DNA of 64,000 nt from Geosiphon pyriformis uo1 (lineage: Eukaryota > Fungi > Glomeromycota), in assembly GCA_016748015.1 (NCBI GenBank), contig JAAOMT010000502.1:186001-250000 (forward strand), in the 5' to 3' direction. Made by a program: the position numbers and the translations under genes. Every line of letters starts with the position of its first letter. The stretch's first letter is position 1. This document shows, piece by piece, positions 39,461 to 53,099 of the stretch. The notes beneath the pieces were generated by a model. That model did not search any database. It saw nothing but the letters and a program-made list of their open reading frames with translations, and had not been told where the DNA came from.

Positions 39461-42189
39461 TTAGAATATAATATTAAAGAATTAATAAAAAATATTATAA
39501 TAAGATATATTATATTAATAGCTTTTATGTTATAAAAAACGATAAATAATATTAACATAATTTGAAAATAGTCATTTTTTTTGTTATAAATTAAATTTGT
39601 CTAATTAAATTTATTTATATTACTTCGAATTTCTAAAATATTATTGTATTTACAATTTATTAATACTAAATCTAAATTGTATTGTCCAAATAGTTATTTT
39701 ATGTTATGAATATTTTAACAGTTTTATTTTTAGTCTTATGTTTATGAACTTAAACAATATTTACAACAAATATCACTAACCAAACCACCAAATTATAAAG
39801 CAATTTGTAAAAAAATATATTGAATAAATAGTCAACAAAAAACTAATAATTGATATACATATAAAAAAAATATTTATCTAATATTTTTCAGTTTTTAAAA
39901 TAATATTTTAATAATTAATTTATTATATTATTAAATTTAACAAAACCAAAAAAACTGTACATAAGAATATATATATATAATAAATAATATAATTATAAGT
40001 AAATATAAAAAGCTTTGTATTTTTAAACTAGACTATAATTGTAGTTGCTTGATTAAGATATCCAAAAAAGAATTTGCCAAATTGCAAAAAGCTTTTTAAG
40101 CTCTTATTGAATTTAAACAAATATGTTTTTTAATAATGCAACAATCAATATTAAAAGACATTTAAAAAAATGTTGGGTTAATAAAAAAACTTTTTACTGC
40201 TAAAATTATAACACATTTATTTGTTAAAAAACATATTTAATATGTTTGATACTAATTGTAACTACTTTTAAAAATATTTAAGAGCATTTAATAAAAAAAA
40301 ATCTTTTTTTTAAATAAATGTTAAAATAAAAATAATTTATAATAAAAAACCAAGATAATTATTAATATTAAATTTAACCAAAGTTTATTGCTTACTCAAC
40401 TCAATAAAAAAGTCAATTATATAATTCAATCAATTATTTTTTTACTGAAAATTTTTGACAGACTTAAAAAAAAGTAATGTGTATATTTTTAAATATAATG
40501 TAATTTAATAATAATTAATTTCACAAATCCAAATTATAAATCTGGTTGAAAATAAAATAAAATTTCAAGAATAAAAAATCAAAAGCTTTTGCTCTTTATG
40601 TTAAAAATTGTTTTAATTCTGAATTTGTAGCAAGCTTATTTTCTAAATAAAAACTAGAGAGATAATAATTACTGAATAAAACACACCTACTAATAGCAAA
40701 ATTTCAGACGTCATGGAAAGTAAATACATAGCTCAAAAACTTTGTAATTCTGAAGAGTATGAGAAAATTTGAGATAAACAATAATGGCATTGATAGTATT
40801 TTTAATTATAAAAAAAAATTGGAGACACTTATACCTATTTCATCAATTGAAATTTATTTTCTGATAAAATATAAATCATAAAACTATTTTTTAATTAGAT
40901 AAATTAAATTTCAGGTTCTATTTCAAATTGAGTATTTTTAAAAAAAAAATCAAAATAAATAAGAGTTTCAGTTTTATTATCAGTTTGAAAAAGCCAAAAA
41001 TGAAAGAACTAAATATTTTAACTTTTTCTTAAATATTTACTTGGTTTATTGGATAGATTAAAATCATTTGATCATACTAAAAACTGAACATCAATATTTT
41101 TTAAAGCACAATGGAAGAGCAATAATTTATTGTTAAAATTTTTATTTTTAATATTTCAAAGATTTTCGGTTTCTTGAATATTATTCTTCAAAAAAAAACT
41201 TTTTATATTAATTTTTTATTCTTTAAGAATTTACATTTTTCAGTAAGAGCTTTTTACTTTGTTTATATATTTATTCCTGGAATAGTTTGTTTTGGCAATA
41301 TAATGAACATTTCTAAGATAAAAATTAATTTTAAAATAATAATTTCAATAGTTTTTAATTTCATGCTAATATTCAAAAAAATCTTTAGAATCAATATTTC
41401 AAAAAATTTTTATCTCTTTCTCCTTAGCTTAAAGAAGCTTTAAATTGTGCCAAAATATTTTATAATAATCAAAAAAATACTTTCACTCAAAACTGTATTT
41501 TTATATGTTTCAAAAGATTTAACAACAAATATTTTAAATTGGTAATTAACATAATAAGTTTAGATATTTAAAAAGTTCTTCAAAAGAAAAAAAATATTGC
41601 TTTTATACTATTTATACTCAAAAATACTAGATATTAAAATAATAACAATTTGATAAATAAAAAAGTCTTTTTCTTTTTCTATAAATATTTTAATGATTTA
41701 TATAAAGTTTCATTTTAATAGAATTTAATCACAAAATAAAAGAGATTATGACATCAATTGTTGTTAAAATCTTAATAAACATTTTGAAAGATGTTTGAAA
41801 AACATGAAAATAAAACTTTTGTTTTGTGTATGTACAACTTAAAAATAATTTTCAAGTCTCTTTGATTTTACAAATTATATAATCAATCATCTCAAAAAAT
41901 GTGTTTATTTAGTCTTTACTCTAAAATTATAAGAGTTATTTGAGAAAAAAAATCTTAATTCAAAACTTTAATCTATATAAATTACCTTAAATTAAAATTA
42001 GAATATTTGAATTAAAAAGATAGAAGCTTTTAATTCGAGTTAATTCTTATGTTTTTATATTTATTACAGAATATTTTAAGAGATTAATATAGTACATATT
42101 ATCTTAACTTACATATTTTCTACAAAGAGACTAATTTTTTTTAAGCTGTTTTATGTAATCTAATTAAGTAATTTACAAGTAATATGTAA

Positions 42190-44195
42190 ACATATATATA
42201 TATATATAGCAATATTCTATTTGGTTAAAATTTGTTTTATAATGTCTACTGGATATAGGCATATGTTAATATTATATCAATATATATTTTTTATTCAAAA
42301 ATATTATAATTTGTTTATCTAATAATAAAAACATACATATATATATATAGCCAAATATGTTGTTAATATTAGTAATATTTTAAGTGGTAAGTGGTTACTG
42401 TTTGGCTAAAATTTGTTTTTTAGTGTTTACTAAATATAAACATGTGCTAATATTATATTAATGCATACTTTTTATTCAAAAATATTATAATTTGTTTATT
42501 TAATAGCAAAAACACACACATATATATATATAGTCAAAAATACTACTAATATTAGTAATATTTTAAGTGACAAATAATTACTATTTGACTGAAATTTGTT
42601 ATATTATATCAATATTTACTTTTTATACAAAAATATTATAATTTGTTTATTTAATAGCAAGAATATATATGTATGTATAGGAGAGTATAAAAAATATTGG
42701 ACACTTTTATAATATGTTATATAAAAGAACTAACTTATGAATCGTTAATTTTTTATTATTATATTAAAATACATGTTAATATTTTGTTTGACCCCCATTT
42801 GCTTCAAGAATAGCTTGAATTTGACGTGACATAAACTTGATCAAATTATGATAGTAATTTACAAGTATCACATCCTATTCTTCCTTAACCCACTGTTCTA
42901 ATTGTACAATATTTGAGCATTGTGAATTATGTTGACAAATTTTAACTTCAATATATGACCAAAAATTTTCTATTGGAGTAATATTAGGACTTTGTGCTAG
43001 CCAAGAAAGTAATTCAACATTTGAAAAGGTAAGAAAAAAACATGCAACTTTTGATGTGTGAATTGATGCATTGTCTTCCTGAAAAAAAAACTTTTTTTTA
43101 GTTTTTTTTGCATGAAGTTTTACTGTAAGAATTACATAATTAGCCAAGATTTCATAGTGTATAACTTCAGTAATATGACTAACCAAAGGAACTAAAGAAC
43201 TCAAACCAACCCATGAAAAACATCACCAAAACATGCGACCAAAGCTTTTTCTAACTGTGGCTGCAATACAATCCTTATGAAACTCTTTGGAAGGTTTACG
43301 CCATACACGTCCAAATCTTGTAGTTCTTAATTGTGTATATGTAGATTCATCTGACCAAACACCTCATTTAAAATCTTCTATTGTCCAATTTTAATAAGTA
43401 CAAGCCCATTATAACCGTTTTTTTTTATTTGATTTAGAAATTAATGGCTTGAAACAAGGAATGCACGAGTGAAGTCCTTCTTAAGCTAATCTATTTTAAA
43501 TAGTTTATATAGAAATAGATTTGTTGATATCTTTAATAAAATTCAATTGTATTTGAGAAAAAGTTTGGTGGTAGGTTTTTTTATTCTCCATTATTGAATA
43601 TTTGAGTTGTTCATGTGCACATTTGTCAAGAATTTGTGGTCAGTCTGTTCATTTTTTAGGAAGTTTTTTTAGCTCGTATAACTTCATACATGCATTACAG
43701 AAGAACGTGAACATTCAATAGTCATGGAAATCTCACTGTTTGTATGTCTTAATTTTTTTGCTGAAATAATCTTTCCTTTTTGGTATTCAGAAAGTTTTTT
43801 TCCAAGACACATTTGATGCGGTAAATTTTTTCATGACAAAAATGTTTGATATTTTATATATACACATATGATTTACTGTTGTGTTTTACAAGAACGCGAT
43901 TTATGTTGATTTGTAGATTATAACTATAAGTAATTATAAAAAAAGTTATGGGTTAAATTGGTAATGGTATAACAATATATAGCCTTTTTTATATATTATA
44001 TCCCCCTGTATGTATATACATACATATAGTCAAAAGTATTACTAATATTAGTAATATTTCAAGTAATAAATAGCTGCTATTTGGCTGAAATTTGTTATAT
44101 TGTGCCAACTAAACATAAGTATATATTAATATTATATAAATATCTACTTTTTATTTAAAAATACTACAACTTGTTTATCTAACAAAGCAAAAACA
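42190..44195. repeat. ~180-bp tandem repeat (about 4 units, each with a (TA)n tract), split by a Tc1 insertion
   Basis: Recurring blocks 'TAATATTAGTAATATTTTAAGT', 'TTTGGCTAAAATTTGTT' and 'AAAAATATTATAATTTGTTTAT' at 42190-42677 resume at 44009-44195. Confidence 0.85.
42678..44008 (-). mobile_element. Degenerate full-length Tc1 element inserted at a TA
   Basis: Ends TA|TAGGAGAGTATAA and (reverse complement) TA|CAGGGGGATATAA. Transposase motifs 'VWSDES', 'MFW*CFSWVGL', 'FFQEDNASIHTS' and 'WLAQSPNITPIENFW'. Confidence 0.85.
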
Positions 44196-44449
44196 TTTCT
44201 GTAAAATTTATACTTTTTAATAATTTTGAATATATTAGATTTATTATAACTAAAACTATATATAGAAATATAATGAAAAGTTTTTCATAAATAGACTTAA
44301 ACATGCTTGATAAGAATATTATCTAGAATCTTTAGAAATTTTTTTTCTAATAAGCCAAATTTGTAATTACAGTTTACTTGAACTTTTCATTTTGCTTCTT
44401 TCTAAATTTGTTTAATGAAATTACATTTACAATAAAACTTGAAATACAA

Positions 44450-46480
44450 TAAGAACTCATGTTTACTAATTGTTTTTATGGCTTGTTGCAATCATATTTT
44501 CTTAGCCAAAAAGTTTGATTGGTTTGCAATATAATGCCAAGTACAGTATATAGGAAAAGAATCGATTTCAGATAAAATAAATAGTGTTTTAGCTTTATTA
44601 TAATTACAATTGCTATCTGAATTCTTATTTTTTTTGAATTACTTCTTTGTATACATAAGATACAGACCATTAATTCACAAATTTTGTTTTTGTAGAATGC
44701 AACACAATTTTTTTGGTTTATTATTCTTATTTTATATATCTTGACTGATCTTTATTTCATCTTGAATAAACCATATTGTATAACATTTTTATTGTTTGTC
44801 TTTTTCTTTAAGATTCAGTTTTGTCAAAATCAAAGCATCACTTATATAAGCATTATGATTAGATGATTGATTAAAGCAAATATTTTTTTACAGTTGGAAT
44901 AAAGATATTCAAAAAGAGGAATTGCTTTCTGTACTAACTTGTTGATTATATTGTCACTTTTTTATCAGCTATTTTGGGATGTTTTTGGCTTAATAATAAC
45001 TTTAGCTTTTATTGAAAGATTTAGTTTTTTGTTATTGTTATCACTAATATGCAATGTTTCATAACATAGACACATAAAATTAGAGACTATTAAGACTTAA
45101 CTTTTGCCTTTTTTCTTGATATGTCTTTCTTTTTCTATGAGTCATATACTGGATTGGTCATTAAAGACATAAAAGTATGTCTTATTATAAATAACTAAAA
45201 CATGTTCTGTAGAGTTAATAAGTAGATTTAAAATTGGTAGTATTATTAATTTCTTATTTTTTGGTTTAAATAACTTCATAAAATGAGCATATTACATTAT
45301 TTTTGTTGTAAATATTTAACAATATGCTATAACATCCTCTTGTTTGTGCTCATTATAATAAATGTTTTGCTCATTTCTGTAAAATGTATAACCTTATTTT
45401 CGCAATTATTGAATTATAGTAGATTCTGGAACATAATAATTATTAATATTGAAGTATTATGAAATGACCTTGTCACAAAAAAAGACTTGTAACAAAAATA
45501 CTTTTTGGTTCTAAAATTTTGCATTGTGAAGCCATTTTAAGCATGTTTTTTTAATGTCTTCATTTATGAACAATGAAATATGCTTAATATACTTGCCTTA
45601 AAATCTTGGAGGAAGTTGGCCATAAAGAAAAAATAGTCTGTCTATTTGTATAAACAATGAACAGCTCATTTATTTCTCTGATTTTTTTGCTTTCCAAGAA
45701 CAGAAAGTACAATATGACTGCTATTTTTGACTTTGTCTTCTTCATTTAATATATTTGTAAAGTATAAGATTAAGTATTGCATATGAAAATAATTAAAAAT
45801 GCTTAAGGATAAAGCTTGACATTTTCGTTCATTATGTAAAACATTAAGTTTTTTTTGCAAAAAACAAAGTTTTTTTTTCATATTGCAGTTGGCTTCATCT
45901 TTTTTTTCTTCATAATGACTATTTGATTCTGGTTTTTTGTCTTAATAGGAGATTATAGAAGCAAAAAAAGTGGTAATTGGCTTGCATGTTTTTGCAATTT
46001 GCATATGCTTCCTTTCTATTCTTCTTTTGCACTTTAGACTGCTTTGAAATTCACTTGTGTATGCTTTTCTTAGATAATATCCAGCTGAATCTTCCCATTT
46101 CAAGAGTTTCTGTTCATTTTCATAAATCAAAAAATCAAGTTTTGCATTTGAAATTATATCTTTACTTTCATCTAGTTGTTTATCTTCACAATGTGATAGT
46201 TGTAATGTTGCCTTTACTTTTAATTCTTTCTGTCTTTTTTTCATATTTTGAGCTTTTTTATTTCTAATCAAATAAATAAAAATAATCAGCACATAAATAT
46301 AAAATTATACAAAAAGAAATGTTAATATATACATACAAACGAGGCAATTTGTATTTAGAAAGCTATTGATATGAAAAAAAGATGAAACTATTGTATTACT
46401 CAAAGTATGTACAGTATACATCTATATTTTCGACCAATTACACAAGATAATATACACATGACCTTCTCATATAACCTGTA
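44450..46480 (-). mobile_element. Degenerate large IS630/Tc1-related DDE transposase relic (HDE / FDQSSNH / PKGL type)
   Basis: 'NIYYNEHKQEDVIAY' (YxDGHERxDV), 'HVLVIYNKTYFY' (VTHDExxF), 'LIVSNFMCLCYETL' (MVSDFxCPCHG), 'KAIPLFE..CFNQSSNHNAY' and 'KPKKLCCILQKQNL*' (PKGLxxxLxERGLW). Exact subfamily not determined. Confidence 0.7.
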
Positions 46481-47929
46481 GTAAGAGGTCCAATTTGTTT
46501 ATTAGCTATATAAAAGAAAGTAATTTTAAAATACTATAACTCTATCAATACTTGTTCAATTTTTAAAAGGAGAAACAAGTTTTAATCCTTAGAAGCAGCT
46601 TAAAAAGACTTATTTGATAGTTTTTGTCTCCTTATACTGAATAAGATGCCTTAGCATTTTGAATTCAGATCTTAAAATATGTGTGTTAAGGTGATATGCA
46701 CCATATTTGTAAATAATCTCAATAAAAAAGTTTTAGTTATTAAACATTTTTAACAAGAAAATTTTACAATAAATATTCAGCCATTTTTAAAGAAAGTTGG
46801 AATTTTAACTTCCTATTTTTAAATCCCATAGTGTTCTTGAGGTGAGGCAATTTCGTCTTAACCCGAGAAGCGTGATTGATTTTGTTTTAATTTCTCTTGT
46901 TGTGAAGTTGTCACTTCATATCAATGAACAGTTTCTAAATAAAACTGAAAATAAATATTATAAGTTGAAAGGCTTGAATTTTTTTAAAATACCAAATATG
47001 GATGATGAGCCTTAGCAGAACTCATTTCCGAAGCGGTTTTGGAGAAATTACTTTTTATGAAATCGATTTCGCTGAAAAATTATACAATGGTCTCTCGATT
47101 CCAAATATAAGATGTTGATTTGTATAAAAAAAGAATTTATTCTTCCCGATTATCTCTAATGTCTTTAGAGTTTCAAATTGGTTGACCAACAAGGCAAAAT
47201 ACCTCTTTTTAGTGGCAAAATATAAAGATACCCATTTTTAGTCTCTTCTCTTTGTTATCCAACAAAACCTTGATAACCTCCGCATTCAGTCATAGCAATT
47301 TTAAAAATCGTTTGAAATGACCAAAAAATTAATTGCCAATAATCAAGTTCTCTAGATTTTTCAAGATTTTATCACAAAATATCCTCAAAATAGTTTTTAC
47401 TTAGAATTCTCCCATCAATTGGCAATTATTATTAAATATTTTTGTGAGAATTAATTATTGTTAATGAAAAATTTTTCGTTATCTATAAAATCCTTTTATT
47501 GCTTTGAGAATTATGTACTAGTTATAAATTTATTTATTTTATACTTAGGTTAAAAATTGTGTTTATTTCAATTTGGCTTATTTTTACTTGGAAAATTTCA
47601 AAGGTAACGAAATTTAATATACTTAAGGTTGGAACTAGCAACCTGAATATTACAGATTCTAAAAATTAAATACTAACAAAGAAAACTAAATAATAAATGC
47701 AAATATAGTCATAAAAACTAAGATGCCAACCAAAAAGTCATTATCATTTAATATAGACTGGAAATTTTTCTTTCGGAAAAGTCAAATCCTCACATTGAAA
47801 ATTTTATTAATCATATCCTGAAAATCGTCTTTCTAGATATTTTAACATATTCTCAATATCTTTTTCAACTCATGAGAATTTTCTATAAGGCTTTTTTCTC
47901 ATTCAAAATTTAAAAATGTATCATTTCAC

Positions 47930-49525
47930 TCAGCCCAACCGCTCAGATTTTTTTGAATACATCATTGCAATAATAGCAGCACCAAGACATCCACCATCCT
48001 GAACTCCAACAATCTTCACTAGGGTACTTATTTTTTCACCCAAGATCAATTTCAAAGTATCCTTCATTCCTTGAGAGAATTGTTGATATTTGTGATATAT
48101 CGATCCATCAATAGCTATGGTAATATCTGTTTCGATTTTTGAGAAATCCCCGTATCTTAATTTCAGCAATGAGGCTAGACCCGCGGCGGCGAGTTGAGAT
48201 GCTCGAATAGTATAACATCTGATTATAGATTTGAGAATTTGGATATCAAAATGGCTAGTTATTGATGGATTGATTGAAAGTTTTTCGTTCAGGAGTTCAA
48301 TAATTTTTGCAAAATTGGCCTCCCTTAAAAAAATTCAAAGACTGTTAAATATAACCTTATAGTAACTAAATTTCAAGAAATTAATCAAATATTCAACAGT
48401 TACCCATCGATTTTCGAAATCAACTCAGTATTAATCGAATTCTTTTCCATAAATGCGCTCGGTAAAACGTCACCAAACAACCCCAAATTCTCAGCAAAAT
48501 CAAGCAGTGTCAAACGAACCAATTCACCGAGATAATATCCACCAATCATCTTTTCATACGGTTGAAATTTTGGTTTATCACTTTTTTCATCAAGCAATAA
48601 ATCATATTTGGTAAAAGGTAAGAAATCGTTCTTTATAAGGCCCCATTCGGTATTAATTAACATGATATCTTCTTCCAAATTTAAAGAAGTTGCCCTAGGG
48701 AATGTGGTTTTTTTAATGGAAGAAATTGGAACAATGCAAGCTGCATTTGTGCCAGTGGCAAAAACTGCAGCAATTACGCTTTTTGGGTCGGTATATGCTT
48801 GAGCTACTAGTGTGCTAATTGTGTCGTTTACAATTGCAACTATTTTAATCTTCAGATTCTGTCATATTTTAGGACTTATTATGAGTTATTTAATATATTA
48901 TAAATCGACAAAAGAAATTTATCTTTCTTACCTGACGATCAAATGCAGAATTTAGAAGCTGGACAACATCATTTCCTACCAATCCAGGTACTGTAAAACC
49001 TTTTCCCATTTTCATTGCGATCCCTTTATCAATGGCAATCTGTCTTTAAATTTAAGATGTTCTTTGTGGATGAAAATTTTTGACTGGAACAAAAGTTATG
49101 TAAATCACTTACTGAACCGGGAAGCTAAAGGTTACGCCCATTTTTAATTCGTCACAAATAATATCAACTCCTTCAACCGACTTTTTAACGCATCGAGAAA
49201 CCCAATCAAATAAAACCTCAACAGCCACGGTTTTAGATTCCTCGGGAATGCGAAAATGATTTTGTTTAATTTCAAAATTTCCATTGCCTAATAGACGAAC
49301 TACAGCAACTTGTAAATTTGTGCCACCAAAATCCATTGCAAGAAAAGTACCAGTTTCGTTTCCCGTTGGCAAGCACGTAACATAAGATGGTATCATTATC
49401 GTCTCATCTTTGCTGAGACCATTTTGATAGTTAGCAACGAAAGCAGAAATTATATTTGAAAGTGATTCACATGTTTGTATAATATTTTGCTCGAAGGCTT
49501 CGATTTTGAGCCGTTCGGTAGGCAT
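47930..49525 (-). CDS. Hexokinase-family sugar kinase (MGKGF type, possibly N-acetylglucosamine kinase), 4 exons, 457 aa
   Basis: Exons 49525-49113, 49043-48932, 48858-48404 and 48323-47930 are in frame. Motifs 'FLAMDFGGTNLQV', 'GVTFSFPVQQ', 'MGKGF', 'AIVNDT', 'ATGTNA', 'INTEWG', 'YEKMIGGYYLGE', 'IAIDGS' and 'DGGCLGAA'. Confidence 0.93.
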
Positions 49526-51458
49526 TTTCACAAAATGAAAATTTGTTCAATGTCCTATGCTTGTCATTAAGCCACATTATTTAGAATATGTTTATTGCGC
49601 TACCTCTAAAAAGTAACGCCCGATTTGCATGTGTAACCATTGTAAAAAATCAAAGATATCAAGTTTTCTCACTTTTGAACAGATAAACTTACTTTTTACG
49701 ACTCGCCAACATTATTTTTGTATAAAAAATGAACCTGTCAAATGAAATTAACGACGAGAAGATTCTGGGCATGCATGGAAAGAGCAGGAAAAATGCAAAC
49801 TTATTTGTTCTATAATTTTTTGTTTGATATGTTAATTTACTTTATTGTGCTTTAACAAAAAACTTCAAATATCTTTTCATGCTTAAAATAAGATTTTTGC
49901 CTAAACATGAATTTCTTATCAATAATATTGTTAATAACTTTATTAATTCAATAAAATATATAAATATGTATTGTATTTAATCATATTTTTTCAATACCAC
50001 TTGATATATCAAATATCATATGATCAGATAAAAACGTCTCATGTGATAAAGTAATAGTTGATGCATTTCATCAGAAATGAGGTTCTCACATAACAAATCA
50101 CATTTAAAATATCTCAGGAGACATTTAAGGCAAAATGATAGTTGAGACACAACATAAGAAAACATAAAATTTACAAAATTTCTTTGGCATTACGCCAAAT
50201 ACTTTGCTAAAATGTTTTCCATAATTTTAAATTATTATTTTAATTGACTAAATATGAATTAAATGATAAGAAGTGTTTTTAAAATTTTATTTATTCATAT
50301 TTTCATATTTTGGTTTACTAAGTTATTATATTTAAAATTTTGAAAATTATTTTATCGATAATATTAATTAAAGCAAGTTCAATTTTACATTTTAATTTAA
50401 CCTGTATAAAATTAATAAAAATAATTAAACAAAATCTACTCCTATATATCTTAATTTAGTTAATTAAATATGTTCAATTTTTATTTATGCTTTTTTATTT
50501 GTAATCGTGATGAATAACGATAGTAAAATAAAATATTATAAAGTAAAAAACAACAAACTGTTTATATATTTCAAAGTAAAGACTATATTTGATACGATAT
50601 ATTTCACATTATTTTGCAAAAATTAATCTTAAAATTAATAGAATACAATAGACAAAACTTTAAAATTTGGTTGGCTCTGTGAATAAATCTAATGTTTTTA
50701 TTGATGATTACATGAATCTTGGAAATTTATGCATTTTTAATCCCAAAATTGAGTTTTCTTTTTTAAAAATGAATTATTTTCTTTTTGAGAAATGAACAAA
50801 TTGGCACATTTGATAATCTAAAAAACCCGTAGCTGGCAAATTTGAAAATAATTAATCAGATATATCCTATATTGTTACTTTTTGCAGCATAATTTTCACT
50901 ATAAATAAGTACTCCTACATTTTACATTTTTGGGTTTTAAAGAGCAATCCAAAGATCTAACAACTCTGCGTGACCCCCCAATCAAACATTCTGTGTGAGG
51001 GATAACTTTACACGCATCATTTCCTTATTTCGATTCATTCCTAAAAAACATTCACTTGATCAATTCTGCCAATAACCTCTAATATTTATTGTAAATGCCT
51101 TGTACTACACTCTGCGGCGGTTTTCCTAAAACTTTTGGGAATTTATTTCTTTGTTTAGTCCCTATTCTCAATAATTACTATATAAATAAAGGTTTCAGAA
51201 AGCAAATTGAAATAGAAAGAGCATCAAATTTATAAACATTTTACCAAAAAGGTTCCTAAGCTTTTATTGATGTCATAATTTGACATGATCAGTGATACAA
51301 ATCCGCCACATGAGCATCACAAGGTATCTCTTGTCAACACACATAGCTTTAAGCAATGACTTCAATAAGAAATAAAATCTGGATTCCTTTCATTTTTCTC
51401 CCCCGATTCAAATTTACTCAAAAATTTTTACAGCTCATCTTAATAGTTTTCATTATCA

Positions 51459-53099
51459 ATGTTTCCTAAATTCTGGAACACATTCTCCCATGACATTAGT
51501 CAACTTCTTGAAGATTCCGATGAATACAATGTTATAATAGAAGCAGGTCAACCTCCCAATTTTCAAATTTTTCATTCACATTCCATCCTTTTGCGAGCAC
51601 GATGTCCATATTTTAAGATTGGTCTTTCGAGCAATTGGGCAAAGAAAGAAGGAGAGACCACAATATTCAAGAAGCCAAATATTTCCCCAAAGGTCTTTGG
51701 AATTATTTTAAGGTAGGCATGCAATAATTTTTACAATAAACCTTTAATTCGATCTATCAAAAATTGAATTTTGAACCCGGAGATCCTGTTGTTATCTAGA
51801 TTCATTTATAGCGGCAGAATATCACTAGAAGGAGAAGACATCCCCACAATCCTTGACCTCCTAATAGCAGCCGATGAACTTCTGCTAGATGAAATATCAG
51901 ACTACGTCCAAGACCATTTGCTTGAATACGAGTCAGAATGGCTTAAATCAAATTTAGTGTTTCTATGGAGTAAAATACATCCATATGAATCCTGCAAAAA
52001 AATGCAAGAACGATGTCTCAAATTAATTCTCAATGAACCACTAATGTTATTCGAATCTTCGCATTTTCTAAAACTTGAAGAATCGTTGTTGGCCCCGTTT
52101 TTGAAATTGAATGGACTGCAAATCGAGGAAGTTCAACTATGGAATTATATTTTGAAATGGGCGGGTTCAAAGAATCCGAGAATTGACAAGGACGTTAAAT
52201 CGTGGTCGACAGAGGATTTTGACGTGATGAATTCAACACTGCAGGAGTGTCTACCTTTGATTGATTTTGAACATATGTCCTCAAGAGATTTTTATGATGG
52301 AGTATGGCCCTACAGGGCTCTACTTCCTGAAGGGCGCCTCGACGAAATTATAAGGTATTACAGCGAAATTTTTAGGCCCCAAATTCTTGGACAATCCCTT
52401 TCGAGAATTTTTTTTTCATAACCCTAGGTTCCATATGAAACCAGAAGTCTACCCTAAAGGCGTTACTCTTGCATCACGATTACAATTTGATTCAGCTCTC
52501 ATAAGACCATTGCATGTAGCCATGCTAGCAAGTTGGATAGATCGTTTGGGTCAAAAACGTTATTTGCTTGAAGAAACACCATACAGATTTCAGCTTCTTT
52601 TGAGGTATGACATTGAATGAAATTGGCTAATATTCCAAGCTCCATCTTAATATGTCAAAATATACCAAATTTTAGAGGCACAAGAGATGGATTTGATTCA
52701 GAAACATTTCACAAAAAATGTGATGAGCTAGGACGAACCGTTGTGATTATGCGAATAAACGGCACCCAAGAAATTATTGGGGGTTATAGTCCTACAACGT
52801 GGAGGACCACATCTGGTTACTGGAATACAGAAGATAGCTTTCTATTCTCATTAGGAGCTCGAGGATCGATCGAGGATGCGAGACTTAGTCGTGTTTCACG
52901 GCCACGTTCATTTTATGCAATCCGGTTAAATGGGCCTGAACATGGGCCATGTTTTGGTGATAAGGATTTGATAATGCGTGGAAAGTTTGATCAGGAAGGA
53001 AGCTGTTCGTGTCAGAAAGATGATTATAGTGAAAGTATTACAGATGTTGGCTCGTTTGCTGTTGAAGAGTATGAAGTTTTCCAAGTTCTTAGGAAGTGA
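51459..53099 (+). CDS. BTB/POZ-BACK-TLDc protein, 4 exons, 469 aa
   Basis: Exons 51459-51712, 51800-52354, 52428-52604 and 52676-53099. BTB 'FHSHSILLRARCPYF', BACK 'IEEVQLWNYILKW', TLDc 'LLRGTRDGFDSETFHKKCD...IIGGYSP..W...DSFLFS...GPCFG...EEYEVFQV'. Confidence 0.95.

Noticed and set aside
39900-41500. Possible further Tc1 remnant ('INLVEN' near 40535-40553) and ORF 41174-41443
   Set aside because: Too degraded: a single weak motif, and the ORF is low-complexity AT-rich noise.
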